A stretch of DNA of 64,000 bases from Chlorokybus atmophyticus (taxonomy: Eukaryota > Plantae > Mesostigma and Chlorokybus algae). Below the pieces are notes generated by a model, which saw only the letters and a list, made by a program, of their open reading frames with translations, was not told the DNA's origin and searched no databases. The position numbers and the translations under genes are program-made. The stretch spans positions 62,001-126,000 of the forward strand of contig RHPI01003261.1 of NCBI GenBank assembly GCA_009103225.1, read 5' to 3'. This document shows, piece after piece, positions 39,261 through 51,417 of the stretch; positions within the stretch are counted from its first letter, which is position 1, and every line of letters starts with the position of its first letter.

Positions 39261-40279
39261 GCGCACAAGCAGTGTCGCACAGCTTGTGCGCAGCAACGCA
39301 CTGCTTGCCAATGGAATCATCCCAAGTGGCAGCGTCTCAGCATTGCTGTGCGGCTTGCCTGTGGCGGTGGCGGCGGTGGGGTCAGGGAAGTTAGGCTTTT
39401 GCTGTCACCCGTCAATTAGTGAAAAGATTGGTGAATGCAAGGGGTCAGGTGTCGAACGGCTGTCGGCGCTGCTTCCTGTGTGGGACAGGAGCTGGAATTG
39501 AGCTACTGAATTGAGCTGCCTACACCAGCTGGGTACAGGTGACGCAGCTGCTTGCTTCGTGCCAGCTTGTTCATCGTGAGCGGTGCAAATTGTTGCGTAG
39601 TGTCGTGATTCAGCGGAATTGTAGCTCTTTGGGGCGCCCAGTTGAGGCATTGCTTCCTCGGTGGCTGTTGAACTGATGAACTCTGCAACTGCTTAATGCT
39701 TGTGATGACAGTTACATGCATTTGCTGGCCAATGCTTAGAACAGGTTGGTAGGTGCAAGCGCTTGCAACATCTGTGGCGCGATTGGCATGCTTGACGCAC
39801 TGCATGCAGCAGTCCATGGGGACTTCACACTCGCAGCACTGGCAGACACTCATCTCAGCGAATTGCATGCAGGGGTGCGTTCGTAGTGTTGAAAAGCAGC
39901 TACTCAACAGTTGGAGAGGCTATCTTATAAAATTCTAAGATACATAAGCGGGCTTGGTCGACCCACAGAGGAGCTTCTCACCTCCTTGGACAGAGACATA
40001 GCCCACCTGTCATGCAGAGCGCGAAGCATGCTTGTGCTAGCTGGTGATAGGGCGCCCTTGGTGCTATGCAGGCAGCCATTGCAGGAACCTTCCACTAATG
40101 TTGCCAAGCAACCTCCCCTGCACGCTCGCACCAAACCACAAGCTCATCCGTTCACTCAGCGCTGCGGGTTGCTTTCGAGGCGGATGCTGAAACCCCTTAG
40201 TGTGGACATCTCGACAGACATTGTTCATCGGCGCAAGCCAACCACTGCTGGCAATCGAGACGGAGCGGAAGATGCGGAG

Positions 40280-42208
40280 ATGAGTTACATGGCGGACGAG
40301 CGCACGCCACTCCTTCCACAGAAGGGGGACAGCTCTGTTGAAACAGGTCAAAATGGTCAAGATGGCTTTTCAAGTATGGGACGCCCGCGCCATCTCATTG
40401 GTTACTGGATTTGCGGCCTTCTCAACAACTTTCAGTACGTAGTCTTTTTAACGGCAGCAGAGGACTTCCTGACCGGCTACTCTGGTGCGGTACGTAAAGG
40501 TGTTTGATCGGTTGTATGTACTTGTCTTACTGACTAGTACGGCTTGATGGTGCGGCAGGTGCTTCTAGCTGACATATTGCCTGCACTGCTCGCAAAGGGG
40601 ATCCTCCCGCTGTTCATGCACAGGCTTGGGTAAGGCTGCCCGTATGCCAGCTACTGCGCTTGCACTGCTGCTCCTAACTGTACTTCTGTGAAGGTCAGCA
40701 TTGATAGTTAACGACTCAATTTTCGCTGGTAACTAACACAGCCGCTGTGGGTAGTGCAGGTACAGACCTCGTGTGTTCGCAGTCGTGTTGTTGGCCATCA
40801 CAGCTTTTTTGGTGGTTGCCTCCGCCAAAGGCGATGTGCCAGTAGTGCTATTTGGTGTTGTTCTCGCGAGTCTGGCCTCCGGTATTGGGGAAAACACATT
40901 TCTCGCGTCTACCTCACGCTTCTCAAAGAACACTGTCAGCGCCTGGTCTTCTGGCACTGGAGCAGCAGGCCTGGCTGGTAAGCACATCACTCTTGTCATT
41001 GTACAACACTTTGCGCTGGAGGCTTGCAGCTTGCTTATAAGACTGCACATTTGCTACTCCCTTGCATGAACATTGTGTCATGGAGGCTGATGTGTCACAA
41101 ACCACCTGTATGCAGGTGCTGGTGCGTGGGTAATACTGCACAACGTGCTGAGCTTAAGCACGCAGCATGCGCTGCTGCTGATGGCACCTCTGCCGCTTGT
41201 GATCGCCTTCGCCTATCTAACATTGTTGGAACCTGGAACCAACATGGAGGCGACAATAGAAGTTGTCAGCAAGGTTGGCGATAGCGAGCAGGGGCTACCA
41301 CTGCTGCAAGATGGCACACGTAATAATAAAGACGTCACTGGTATGTTGTCACTTTCGGTAGTGGCGCATTTCGATGCACAAACACTTGCGCTATGCAGGA
41401 TGTATGCAGTGCTCAGCTTCATGGTTTGTGTGTAGGATGGGAGCTTTTGCAGGCTGTGCAGCCTGTCATAGCACGGTACATGGTGCCTCTAGTGTTGGTG
41501 TACTACCTCGAGTACACAATCAATCAAGCTCTGTTCCTTCCACTGGGACTGGCAATTTATGGCGCCTCCAGCACAAAGGGCGCATGTCACATGTATACTT
41601 ACCTCCAAACAACGTACCAGGTCTGTGCTGCATAATGTTAATGCGCTGTATGCTGGCTTGCGTAAGCCTGACACCTGATGTTTTGGGAAAGGTGGGCGTG
41701 TTTGTATCCCGGTCGTCAGTGAATGTATTCCCGTTGAAGCGCCTGTGGCCGCTGCCTGTGTTTCAAGGCATCAATCTGTTGCTAGCACTTACCTACATAC
41801 TCGCTGCCCCAAGCACAGAGGTGGGTGTCTTTGGTCTCATATGCATACGCGTGCCTGAGCGCGTTTGCGTCTCTGTGCGCTCAGGCATACAGAGCTGCTT
41901 GTATTGATTGCTTCAGTGACCAACTTGCACACGAGACACATGCTATCATCTGGCAGGGAGTCTTGGGCTCTACAATCCCACTCTTCGCTGTGTATGTGAT
42001 GGTCTTGTGGGAGGGCCTTCTAGGCGGAGCGTGTTATGTCAACGCGTTCACGCTTATCTCGGCATCCGTGCCGTCCGCGCGTCGAGAATTCGCATTGGGA
42101 GTTAGCAGCCTGGCCGATAGCGTTGGGATTAGCCTAGCCGCCGTCACGTCACTCCTGCTCGAACAGCCGCTGCTGCATCATCTTGGCGTGCAAACGCTCA
42201 AGTGTTGA
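40280..42208 (+). CDS. CLN3: CLN3/Battenin (BTN1) vacuolar/lysosomal membrane protein
   Basis: YWICGLLNNFQYVVFLTAAED, VLLADILP, LASLASGIGENTFL, AWSSGTGAAG, PLVLVYYLEYTINQ, VFVSRSS, EGLLGGACYVN, REFALG. An alternative in-frame upstream ATG lies near 40185. Confidence 0.93.
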
Positions 42209-42809
42209 GCCTGGCATAGTAGAGTGTAGCCATGTCTGCATTCATTCCACTGCGGTGGCATTCTGGGCGACGGATTGTAGTTGTGCTTTGTTGTAAATCA
42301 TTCTTTGTATAGCGACATTGAGGGAGTGGTAGGTCGTGTGTGTAATCTATGGTGAGGCACAGTACTGCGTCAGTCTACTGTTGTTGTAGACCTGGCTTGT
42401 AACCAAGGTCGGTTGATTGGTCGCAAGTGTTGGCACCATAATATTCATCTTATCGAGTATGTTCAGTTGATGGATGCCAGCGTTGGACTTGTACAGTGAA
42501 TGGAGCCAACCATCGACTGTACTTCTCCTTCGGTTGTCTCACATGACGGTGCTGCGGTAGTTGCATACATACAGCATACTATGCAGGGTTTTGTTGCGGG
42601 GGTTGGCTGTGGCATTGGCGTCGGTGTAGCTGGCATTGGCAGCGTCGTCATGGACGGGGAGAAGCGGCCGGAGGAGCAGCGAGTTATGGGCATAGTTGTC
42701 AGGAATCCAGCTGCTGCTGGCAGGCCTAATTTTCCAGTCGCAGGTGCCTCTGTCGCTGACCGTTGGGCACTTGAAGGAGTTGTTCGCTCACCAGTACCCT
42801 GGCCAACCT

Positions 42810-42998
42810 CAGGTGATTCCTTTGCTGCTTTCCACTACCCCTTCCCTCTGCCCCCACTCCCCCGGTCTATAGCTAATGCACTTAGCTACAGCTTAGTGGG
42901 GCCCCCCACCCCGTTGTCTTGCCTTTGCTTGTGTTGCGCTATAGGGCTTTGCTGTGCTTGTTTGCTTTACTAACTGGCCCCTATCTGTTGTGCACTAT
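42810..42998 (+). repeat. Dispersed ~190-bp repeat, copy 2
   Basis: Direct, diverged copy of 37197-37385. Confidence 0.85.
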
Positions 42999-43283
42999 GC
43001 CTGCTTACCAACATCACACCTAACTCAAGCACAGCTGTCGCGTCAGCACATAGTCGGTTTATTAATCCCGAACCCCATGTAAGGGCGCAGTTGCCCAGTT
43101 TACATGAGTGAGGTAGCATAGGAGCAACAAGAACAACACAGTAAAACATTGTGTTGATGGTGTGCAACACAAGCCACACAGAAGCATTGCGAGTTGCAAG
43201 TCATTGATTGCAAAGCTGTTGCAATGCTTGCCTCTCCTCTCACTACTGCACATGAGACGAAACCGAAGACTACAATTCAGTCA

Positions 43284-45524
43284 TCACAGCAACGGATCCT
43301 CGATGGCCCTGCTACTGGCCGACCCAAAGTGCTCAGAGGGCGGCGGTACCCTCGTCTGAGTGGCGGCGGCGAAGTGTTCCGCGCGCCTCGCCGCCGCCAA
43401 AGCCAGCTCGCCCGCCATGCGAAGCACATCCAGGTGCTCCTTCCTCCTGTAACACACGGAACAAAGATTGGGTGTGTTGTGTCATAGCAATTGCGGCAGT
43501 ACTCTCAGTCTGTTGGTGTCTCACCTGAAATGGGATGGATGCGCGTAGATGCACTCTAAGACGGCACAAAGACATCCCTCTGCGGGAAACACACGCCATC
43601 ACGCTCAGCAACATGTAAACAACAGTAACAACAACAGTACCATTACGCAGATCACAATATACCTTCGTCACGGATGTTGACCATCACACGCGGCCCCTCC
43701 ACGCAAAAGTCCCCAGCATTGCCCTCCTCCTCGTTCTCATTTTGTCCATCCCTCTCCCTCTCCCTCTCCCTCTCCCTCCCACCATCCTCCTCGTCCTCCT
43801 CCTCCTCACACCGCCTAACATGCTCCGCCACCTCCTTACCCACCCCCTCTCCCTCCCCCGCCTCCACTCTCTCCCCTCCAACCCAACCAAACAACGTCCC
43901 CACAGCCTGATCCACAACCCACAACACGCACACCTTCACCTGCACAGGGAAGAAGGTGTGTGTTTTGTCCTGCCTGATAACGACCTTCACATCACCAACC
44001 ACAACAACCACTCCTCACCCCAGTGGCTTGCGCGACGCACAGTCTTAGTGTCTCAGCTCTCGATTCTTCTTCCCCGCCTCCGTGCGGGTCGGCGGCGAGG
44101 TCGCGGAGGAGCTGAGCGAGGTGGGTGCGGGAGCGGAGAGAAGCGCGGGCGGCGGAAAGGGCGGAGTGGGCGGAGAGGGAGGAGAGGAGGGTCCTGAGCG
44201 CCGATGGAAGCTGCGCTATAGCCGCCTGACAGGACGTAAAAGCGAGTTATGCACATACGCAAACACTCACACATGCATGCACACTCACGCATTTGAGCAG
44301 GCACACACACACGCGCGCGCACACACACAGTCACACACACGCGCACACGTGTACCTGCATGAGTGTGTGTTCGCGAGGGCCAAAGTCCACACCAGATTCG
44401 GCTTTGTGCTGAACTTCCTCCCGGTCATCTGTCTTGTTGACAGCTTGAAGGACGCCCAGCACGCTGCCATCCGCGTCGCATATAGCACCCGCCAGTGTGG
44501 TGGCACTGCACATGACATAATTATATGTCTTTACAAGCAGTGGTCCTAGACTGGTGGCACGAATGCAACTTGCGTTGCGGTGTTGATGAGGCCGTCGCGC
44601 TCAAAGTCTCCAGCGCCGATAGCCGCAGTCCCGTGAAGAGTTGAGGGGTCCTCCACCGCCGCCCATGCCGCACTAGGCTAACACACAAACAGTAAGAGTT
44701 CACCCGTTCAAACAAACACGCACGCACGTTCACACGCGCACGCACGTGCGCACACACGCACACACGCACACACGCACACGCACACACACTCTTGTCCACT
44801 CTTCGCGCTCACTTTGCCGCAAGGTTGCTGTTGCCTCGCGTCCGCGGAGACCAGTCGCCCGTCCTGGTGAAAATACAGCAGGCAGTGCTCGCAGCCCAGA
44901 TGCCCACACACCACCTGTGTGCCAGATAACTGACTCCATGAACACAACAACATGTGAACTAACAAGTTGTGTCACGCACCCTGCTGATGTTGGTGTGGAG
45001 TGTGGGCCCGTGCGCTCCCGCCTGCGCCGCGGCACGCTGCAGCTCCAACCTCAGCCTCGCCGCATCCAACGCACCGGACAACTCCTGCACGGATGATACA
45101 TTCGTGTGTTGTTGCTATTGTCATCACACATGTGAGTAGACAGTTAAGTGAACATGTAAGCAATGTTACTTGTTGGGTGTTGTTGGCGCGGTCGCGGACG
45201 GTGGCGGTCCACTTGCCAACGCACTCCATGGCCTCGCGCCACACGTTGTTGTTGTTGTCGTTGTTGTTGGCATCATCACCATTCGCATTGCCTCCAGCCG
45301 CACTCAGATCCGTGCCGGTCTCCAACCCTTTTGTTGTTGTTGTTGTTGTTGTTGTTGTACGTGTACGAGTAGTAAATACAGCATTTAGCACAGCATTCAG
45401 CACATACAAGAACCTCACCATCGATGTTTCGACAAGCGTCGATGCACGCACGGCCTTTGTCCCGAACGCACTCGAGCAGAGCTTTCCACCCCGCTGCAGC
45501 ATTGTTGTTGTTGTTGTTGTTGAC

Positions 45525-45555
<31 letters not shown>

Positions 45556-46100
45556 GGTGCTGTTGCGTACGTGCGCTCCCACTGGGCAAAGAAGGCCTCG
45601 GGGGACAACACGCCCGAGGCGAGGTCACCCAACGGGTCGCGGTTGCGTTGCTTTAACAGCTGGGGGCATAAAGAAGTTGGAAGCATAAGGTGACAGAGTT
45701 TTAGTCAATGCTACGTGTGCGAGTATGCGTTTGTGGTCAGTGTGCGTGTGCTAGGGGTGTGCATGCACATGTGTGTATATGTATATGTTTGTGTGCGCGC
45801 GCACGCGCGCATGCGTGCTTGTGTGCATGTGTATGTGGGTGTACGCGCGTGCATGCGCATACCTGCCCATGCTCGCCTGTTTGTGCGCAAGCATGCGTGT
45901 GCATGTGCATGTGCGCGCGCGCGTGTGTGTATGCATGTGTGTGGGTGTAGGTGTGTGTGCCTGTGTGTCTCAAGTGCCAACAAATGCAAGCGTTCAACCA
46001 ATAAACACGTACTTGAGCGTGGGTCAGAGTTTGGCGCGTGGGAGAGCGCGGCGCCGACATCGGCAATAGCTGACTATCACCTCAGCAAGGTGTGGGGAGT
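43284..46100 (-). CDS. Tandem GAF-domain protein with Asn-rich N-terminal region; 5' end unresolved (assembly join at 46170)
   Basis: ICDADGSVLGVLQAVNKTD (GAF signature), KVCVLWVVDQAVGTL (second GAF start), EHLDVLRMAGELALAAA (GAF end helix), poly-Asn tracts. Ends AIEDPLL*. Confidence 0.6.
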
Positions 46101-47055
46101 ACTTACGCCACTTTCAACTATACACATTGTGTGCAGGTGAGCGTGTGTGTGTGTGGGTGGGGGTGGGGTNAGCATTAATGAGGAATGAGGAATGAGGAAG
46201 TAGTACTGATGGCTTTACACGGCCACAAACACACACCTCTCAACGTACACACAACATGCCGCCTGCCTGCTTTACGTTTTACCTCTCGTCAATCATGAGC
46301 TTGTACAATGCTGCAGTGGTATATCAAGACAAGTAGCAGCAGTGGCAGCAACACACCTCAGATAGGCACACCACCCATGCCTGGGTTAGACACTGCCTCA
46401 GTTAGCTAACCGCCCCAAGGGGGGGGGGGGGTCAGCAAGCAAACAAGAAACATACATCAGCACAAGCCAGAATGCGCTCATTGAGCGCTTGTAGCAGCCA
46501 AACCAAAGACAACATGCAAGGCCAAAACAAACGATTAAACACACAAAGAAGCAAATAAACACACCAGGCTTGCATGCACACGCTCACTTCACAGAAGCAA
46601 ACACGAAAGCGGGGGAACTTCAACGTGTTCAGCATTAATGAGGAATGAGGAATGAGGAAGTAGTACTGATGGCTTTACACGGCCACAAACACACACCTCT
46701 CAACGTACACACAACATGCCGCCTGCCTGCTTTACGTTTTACCTCTCGTCAATCATGAGCTTGTACAATGCTGCAGTGGTATATCAAGACAAGTAGCAGC
46801 AGTGGCAGCAACACACCTCAGATAGGCACACCACCCATGCCTGGGTTAGACACTGCCTCAGTTAGCTAACCGCCCCAACCGCCTGAATAAACGGTTAACT
46901 ACCTGGGTTTGCACTGCAAACTTTGCAGTGCAAATCTGCTCTACAGTCAACTGCGTTCAGTGTCGTAGCGAAACTAGGGACTTCAAGTCTCGCTTCTTGT
47001 GACGGCACATTGTCGCTAGATCCTCTGGTTCGTTTCGCTTCCAGCAATCTCCAAT

Positions 47056-47063
47056 TAGGGTTT
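47056..47063. promoter_or_regulatory. Telo-box (AAACCCTA) 93 nt upstream of the RNJ ATG
   Basis: TAGGGTTT exact match. Confidence 0.5.
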
Positions 47064-47155
47064 CTGCACAAGCGCCGGCGGCGGTGGTGGCGGCGAAGAG
47101 GAGTGGAGGCAGGAGGGGGAAGGGATGCGCATTTGAGTGCTTGTCCTTGTTGCTG

Positions 47156-50100
47156 ATGACGTCGTTGGCTGCGCCGACGGCCGGAGCGGTGCTGCCGCTC
47201 TCTGTGGGTCGCCCAGCCCTCCTGAGCTCCTCATCACAGACGCTCTGCGGCAGCGGCGGTGCTGCTTTGCGTGGCAGGAGCAGCCGTTTCCCTTCGTCCA
47301 AAGAGCGGAGCAAAAAGCTTTCCGCCCGCCGTCTGTCCGTGCATGCTGAAGCTGCGGATGTTGCCGTCGGTATGTTAATTCTCCCATTGCTGTTGCTTAC
47401 GTGTCCCAATTGATGCCTCAGCAGAATGTTGATGAGCTTGGGTATGCCCAGCATGCGATTGGCTTTGGCAGACGATGTGTCATGGCAGCTGGGCTTGATT
47501 CATTAAAAGAACAGCAATTTTTTGCACTCTCAATGAACATAGTCCTCACGGTGTTGGTGTGTTCACGGTGTAGTTGCTACAACGCAGTAGTTTCAGGCTA
47601 TTGGTGGCATTCGAGTACACTGGCGTGTTCACTTTCGCCAGTTGTAAACCTAAGAATGTTTGCATCTTGCAATTGAAGTTTGTATTCACCTTGCACTAGA
47701 TGCATGTTGCATGCTGAGCAACATATCAATCGCATGGCTGCTCTGCACAGCCGGAGGTTCCCCGTCCCCAGCTGCAGCTGTAGCGACACCCACAGCAGAT
47801 GCTGCACCAGCCGCGAGCGATGTCCCGCGCCGAAGAAGAAGAACAGCCGCAGGAGGCGACGCCTCATTGCAGCCTGAGTCCTCCAGAGCCAGCAGCAAAA
47901 AGCGGAGCAGCAGCAGCAGCGCAAAGAAGAGCCCAGATCCGCCTCTGCGCGTGCTGCCGATTGGCGGCCTCGGGGAGATTGGGATGAACTGCATGCTGAT
48001 AGGACACTACGACCGCTATATCATGCTGGACGCAGGACTCATGTTTCCAGAGTAAGTCGCCAGTTTTATGTCCTAGAGCCTGCTTAGCTGTGCATTCATG
48101 GGTGGGTTGCTTGAGTGGTCATGCACATGTGCATGTGTTGAGGTTGGTGTGCTTGTAGTTGCACTTGTTCAGGCATGTTCTGCAAGCAATTACACAGACA
48201 TCCGGTTTGTTTTACATGCGGTACATGTGTCAGCTGTATGGTTCCCGGCAACAAAGCATGACCGTGGTTTGTGCTTGCATTGCAGTTTTGATGAGCTAGG
48301 GGTGCAGAAGGTGTTGCCTGATGTGGGATTTTTGGCGCGTTGGAAGGACAAGATTGAGGCGGTCATCATCACGCACGGTCATGAAGATCACATAGGGGCC
48401 TTACCATGGGTAGGTTGGCTAGGCTGTTTATGTTGATATTTATGTTAGCTCTGCCATTGGTCTCACTCTTTGTTCACCAATGCATGTCAACTGATCCAGT
48501 GTTCGCACGCAGGTTGTACAGGCACTTGATCCTAGTACTCCTATCTATGCTACAGGATTTACTATGGAGGTACTTGCCATGTAATGTATCTCTTGTGAAA
48601 CTGCATGCTCGCATGCACAGAACATTGTTGAAACCAGGTCCTTTTGTTGGCAGTTGGTAGTTAAGCGCATGCAGGAGAATAACCTTTGGAACGAGAAGAG
48701 GTTCAAGAAATTCAAAGTAGGGGAGAAGTTCACTCTTGGGCCATTTGAGGCCGAAGCTGCGAGGGTCACTCACAGCATACCTGATTGCGTGGGTTTGCGA
48801 TTGCAATGTGATGACGGGGCCTTTGTTCATACTGGGGACTGGAAGGTGAGTGGCTTCAAAGTCCTGTGTTGCCTATCCTTCTGGCTTGTTAAATATGAGT
48901 TTCTGTACAAGGAATACAACTCGCAGTGTAGCTCAGCCAGCACCGTTGTGTCTCCAGATTGATGAAACGCCAGCAGATGGTGAGCAATACGATCGGGAAG
49001 CATTTGAAAGATGGGGCCAAGACGGCGTCACACTGGTATGGGTGCATGTCACGTGTGCTTTGTGCAACAGTACAGCCGTTTTGTTCGCCATATCACGTCT
49101 CAACCCTTTCTGTGCTTTGCACTGTTGGCAGATGATGAGCGATTCAACAAACGTCTTGACAGAGGGGCGGACTATCAGCGAAGCGGTGGTTGCGGAGGCT
49201 ATTCTGAGGAAAGTGCAGGGGCACAAAGGCCGGGTGGTGGCGACGCAGTTTGCGTCCAATATCCACAGGCTGGGCGCCATGAAGGCTGCGGCTGATGCAA
49301 CTGGTCGTAAGCTGGTATGTATCATTGGCAACATCATGAACCCCTTTGCGAGTGGGTAAATTGCAGTGTGCACTGTTTAAGAGTATCGCACAGGGCATGA
49401 TGCATTTTTTTGCAGGCCTTTGTCGGTCTATCGCTGCGTTCATACATGGAAGCTGCACAACGGGACGGACGAGCCCCATTCGACCCGTCAATATTGGTAC
49501 TAGTGACACCATTCAGCATATGTTGCGCGCCTTGACAGCCGCTGATCTGGCTGTTCGCAGCTTGGCCCCGGTGAACTCGAGGCCTACGCACCACACGAGT
49601 TGCTGGTTGTCACAACGGGCTCACAGGCACGCCAATTCAAGTGTTCATTGGATGGGAGTTAAGTTCTATGTTTGACTGATTGTGTGGTGTACCAGGCAGA
49701 ACCACGAGCAGCTCTCTCTCTGGCCGCCCAGGGCACCAGCAAGTTGCTTACACTGTCACCCAACGACTTGTTGTTGTACTCAGCAAAGGTTTGTACACTT
49801 GTCGTTGTCACATGTTTCTGATGAACATGTCAAGTAGCTCATCAAGCGCTGGTTGTTTGCAGATGATTCCTGGCAATGACGTTCGCGTTATGAGGATGAT
49901 GAACCAGCTTGCAGGGAAGGGCATGAAGATAGCTATGGGACGCAATGACAACCTGCACACTTCTGGGCATGCCTACCGAGGAGAGCTGGTGAGCGTCTGT
50001 TGTGCTGTCTGCATTGCATTCGATTACCGGAGCTTACTCTACGCCTTCTTTGCAGGAAGAGGTGCTTCGCATTGTCAAACCGCAGCAATTTCTTCCTGTC

Positions 50101-51417
50101 CACGGAGAGTTTGCATTTCTTAAGATGCATGAGCAGCTTGCCAGAGAAAATGGCATCAAACACACAATGGTATGCTTGTTGCTTGGCTGGATTGGTGGGT
50201 TTCAGTATACTATGCATTCGTACACGGAAGCTGTCTACAATGTATCGCTCATCGCAGGTCATCAGGAATGGGCAGATGGCTGGCATCAAGCCGCTGCGAA
50301 ATGGGCGTACGGTGGGGCAGACTGGCTTCCAGATGATGGGCGAGCACAAACTGCACGTGAGTCGTCTGAACAATGCCAGCAAGTTGCCACAGAGTTAGAA
50401 GTTTTTTGCTCATGCTGAGACGTTGGTTGCACAGCTATGGTACAACGATGGTGGTAAGGGCACGGGCTCTGCAGATGACCTGCGTGTCCATGAGCGGATG
50501 AAGGTCGCACTCAATGGTGTTGTTGTTGCCAGGTAGATTGATCTCCTTTGCATGGTTTCAGATGTTGGGTTGTCTGCGTAAGTGCGTTTCTCTACTGTGT
50601 ATGCATTCAACTGTCCTGTCAGTGAGCTTACTTGAACAGTGGATGGCATTGCATGTGTGCGTAGTGATCATGCTTTGCTTTGTGCGCAGTGTTGAGCTCT
50701 TGAGCAAGGGAGACAACGAGGATGGCGCGATAGGTGGGGAAAACAGCGAAGGCGAGCAAGGCCTTCGAGCTCGCGTGCGCATTACAACAAGATGCATGTG
50801 GACAGGTGGGAATAACCTCTGGAGTCACAGCTCCCTGTCAGGACTAAGTACGGCAGTTGCAGCTGTGTTCATCTCCGTTGTAGTAATGGTGCTTCCCTTT
50901 TGCAGACAATGATAGGTTGTTGGAGCTCATGCATAAGGGGGTTGACAAGGGGCTACGGCAGCTGGCGCCGGGCACGCCCCTTGTCGCGGTAGAACGCTCC
51001 ATTGCGGAGGTTCTCAAGCGCGTGAACAAGCGTTTCAACTACAAAGAGCCCGAGGTCATTGTGGTTGCATACAACGGCGATGGAACGAGCACACGCGGTG
51101 GTCTACAGCGCAGCTCGGGCGGCGGCAGTCAGTACAGCCGGAGAAAGCCGCTGCAGCAGCAGGCAAAGCCCGCGTACACCATCACGAGAAGGGCTGGCAG
51201 CGTCAAGGAGGAGGATGTGGACGAACTTGTTGTGTATGATGTCGATGATCCGGATGTGCCGCCGGTGTCGCGCCAAGCGCGCAAGCGCAGCCAATCAATT
51301 GCAGCGAGCGGCGCACAACGGCGAGGAGGCAAGTCAGATGCTGTGGAGGCAATCCGCTCCCTGGCTACTACGACAAGCCTCCCGACTGAAGAGTTTGAGA
51401 TTGATGCGGACTTCTAG
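47156..51417 (+). CDS. RNJ: Chloroplast ribonuclease J (metallo-beta-lactamase/beta-CASP)
   Basis: Transit peptide, [82 protein letters not shown]. Confidence 0.96.

Noticed and set aside
46010-46125. cNMP-binding domain at the N-terminus of the GAF protein (IVESG, PRSPT)
   Set aside because: Motif spacing does not fit and it would need a 37-nt intron; too weak.
46171-46878. Identical 248-bp direct repeat (46171-46418, 46631-46878)
   Set aside because: The first copy is bounded by an N and a poly-G run, so it is most likely a scaffolding artefact.
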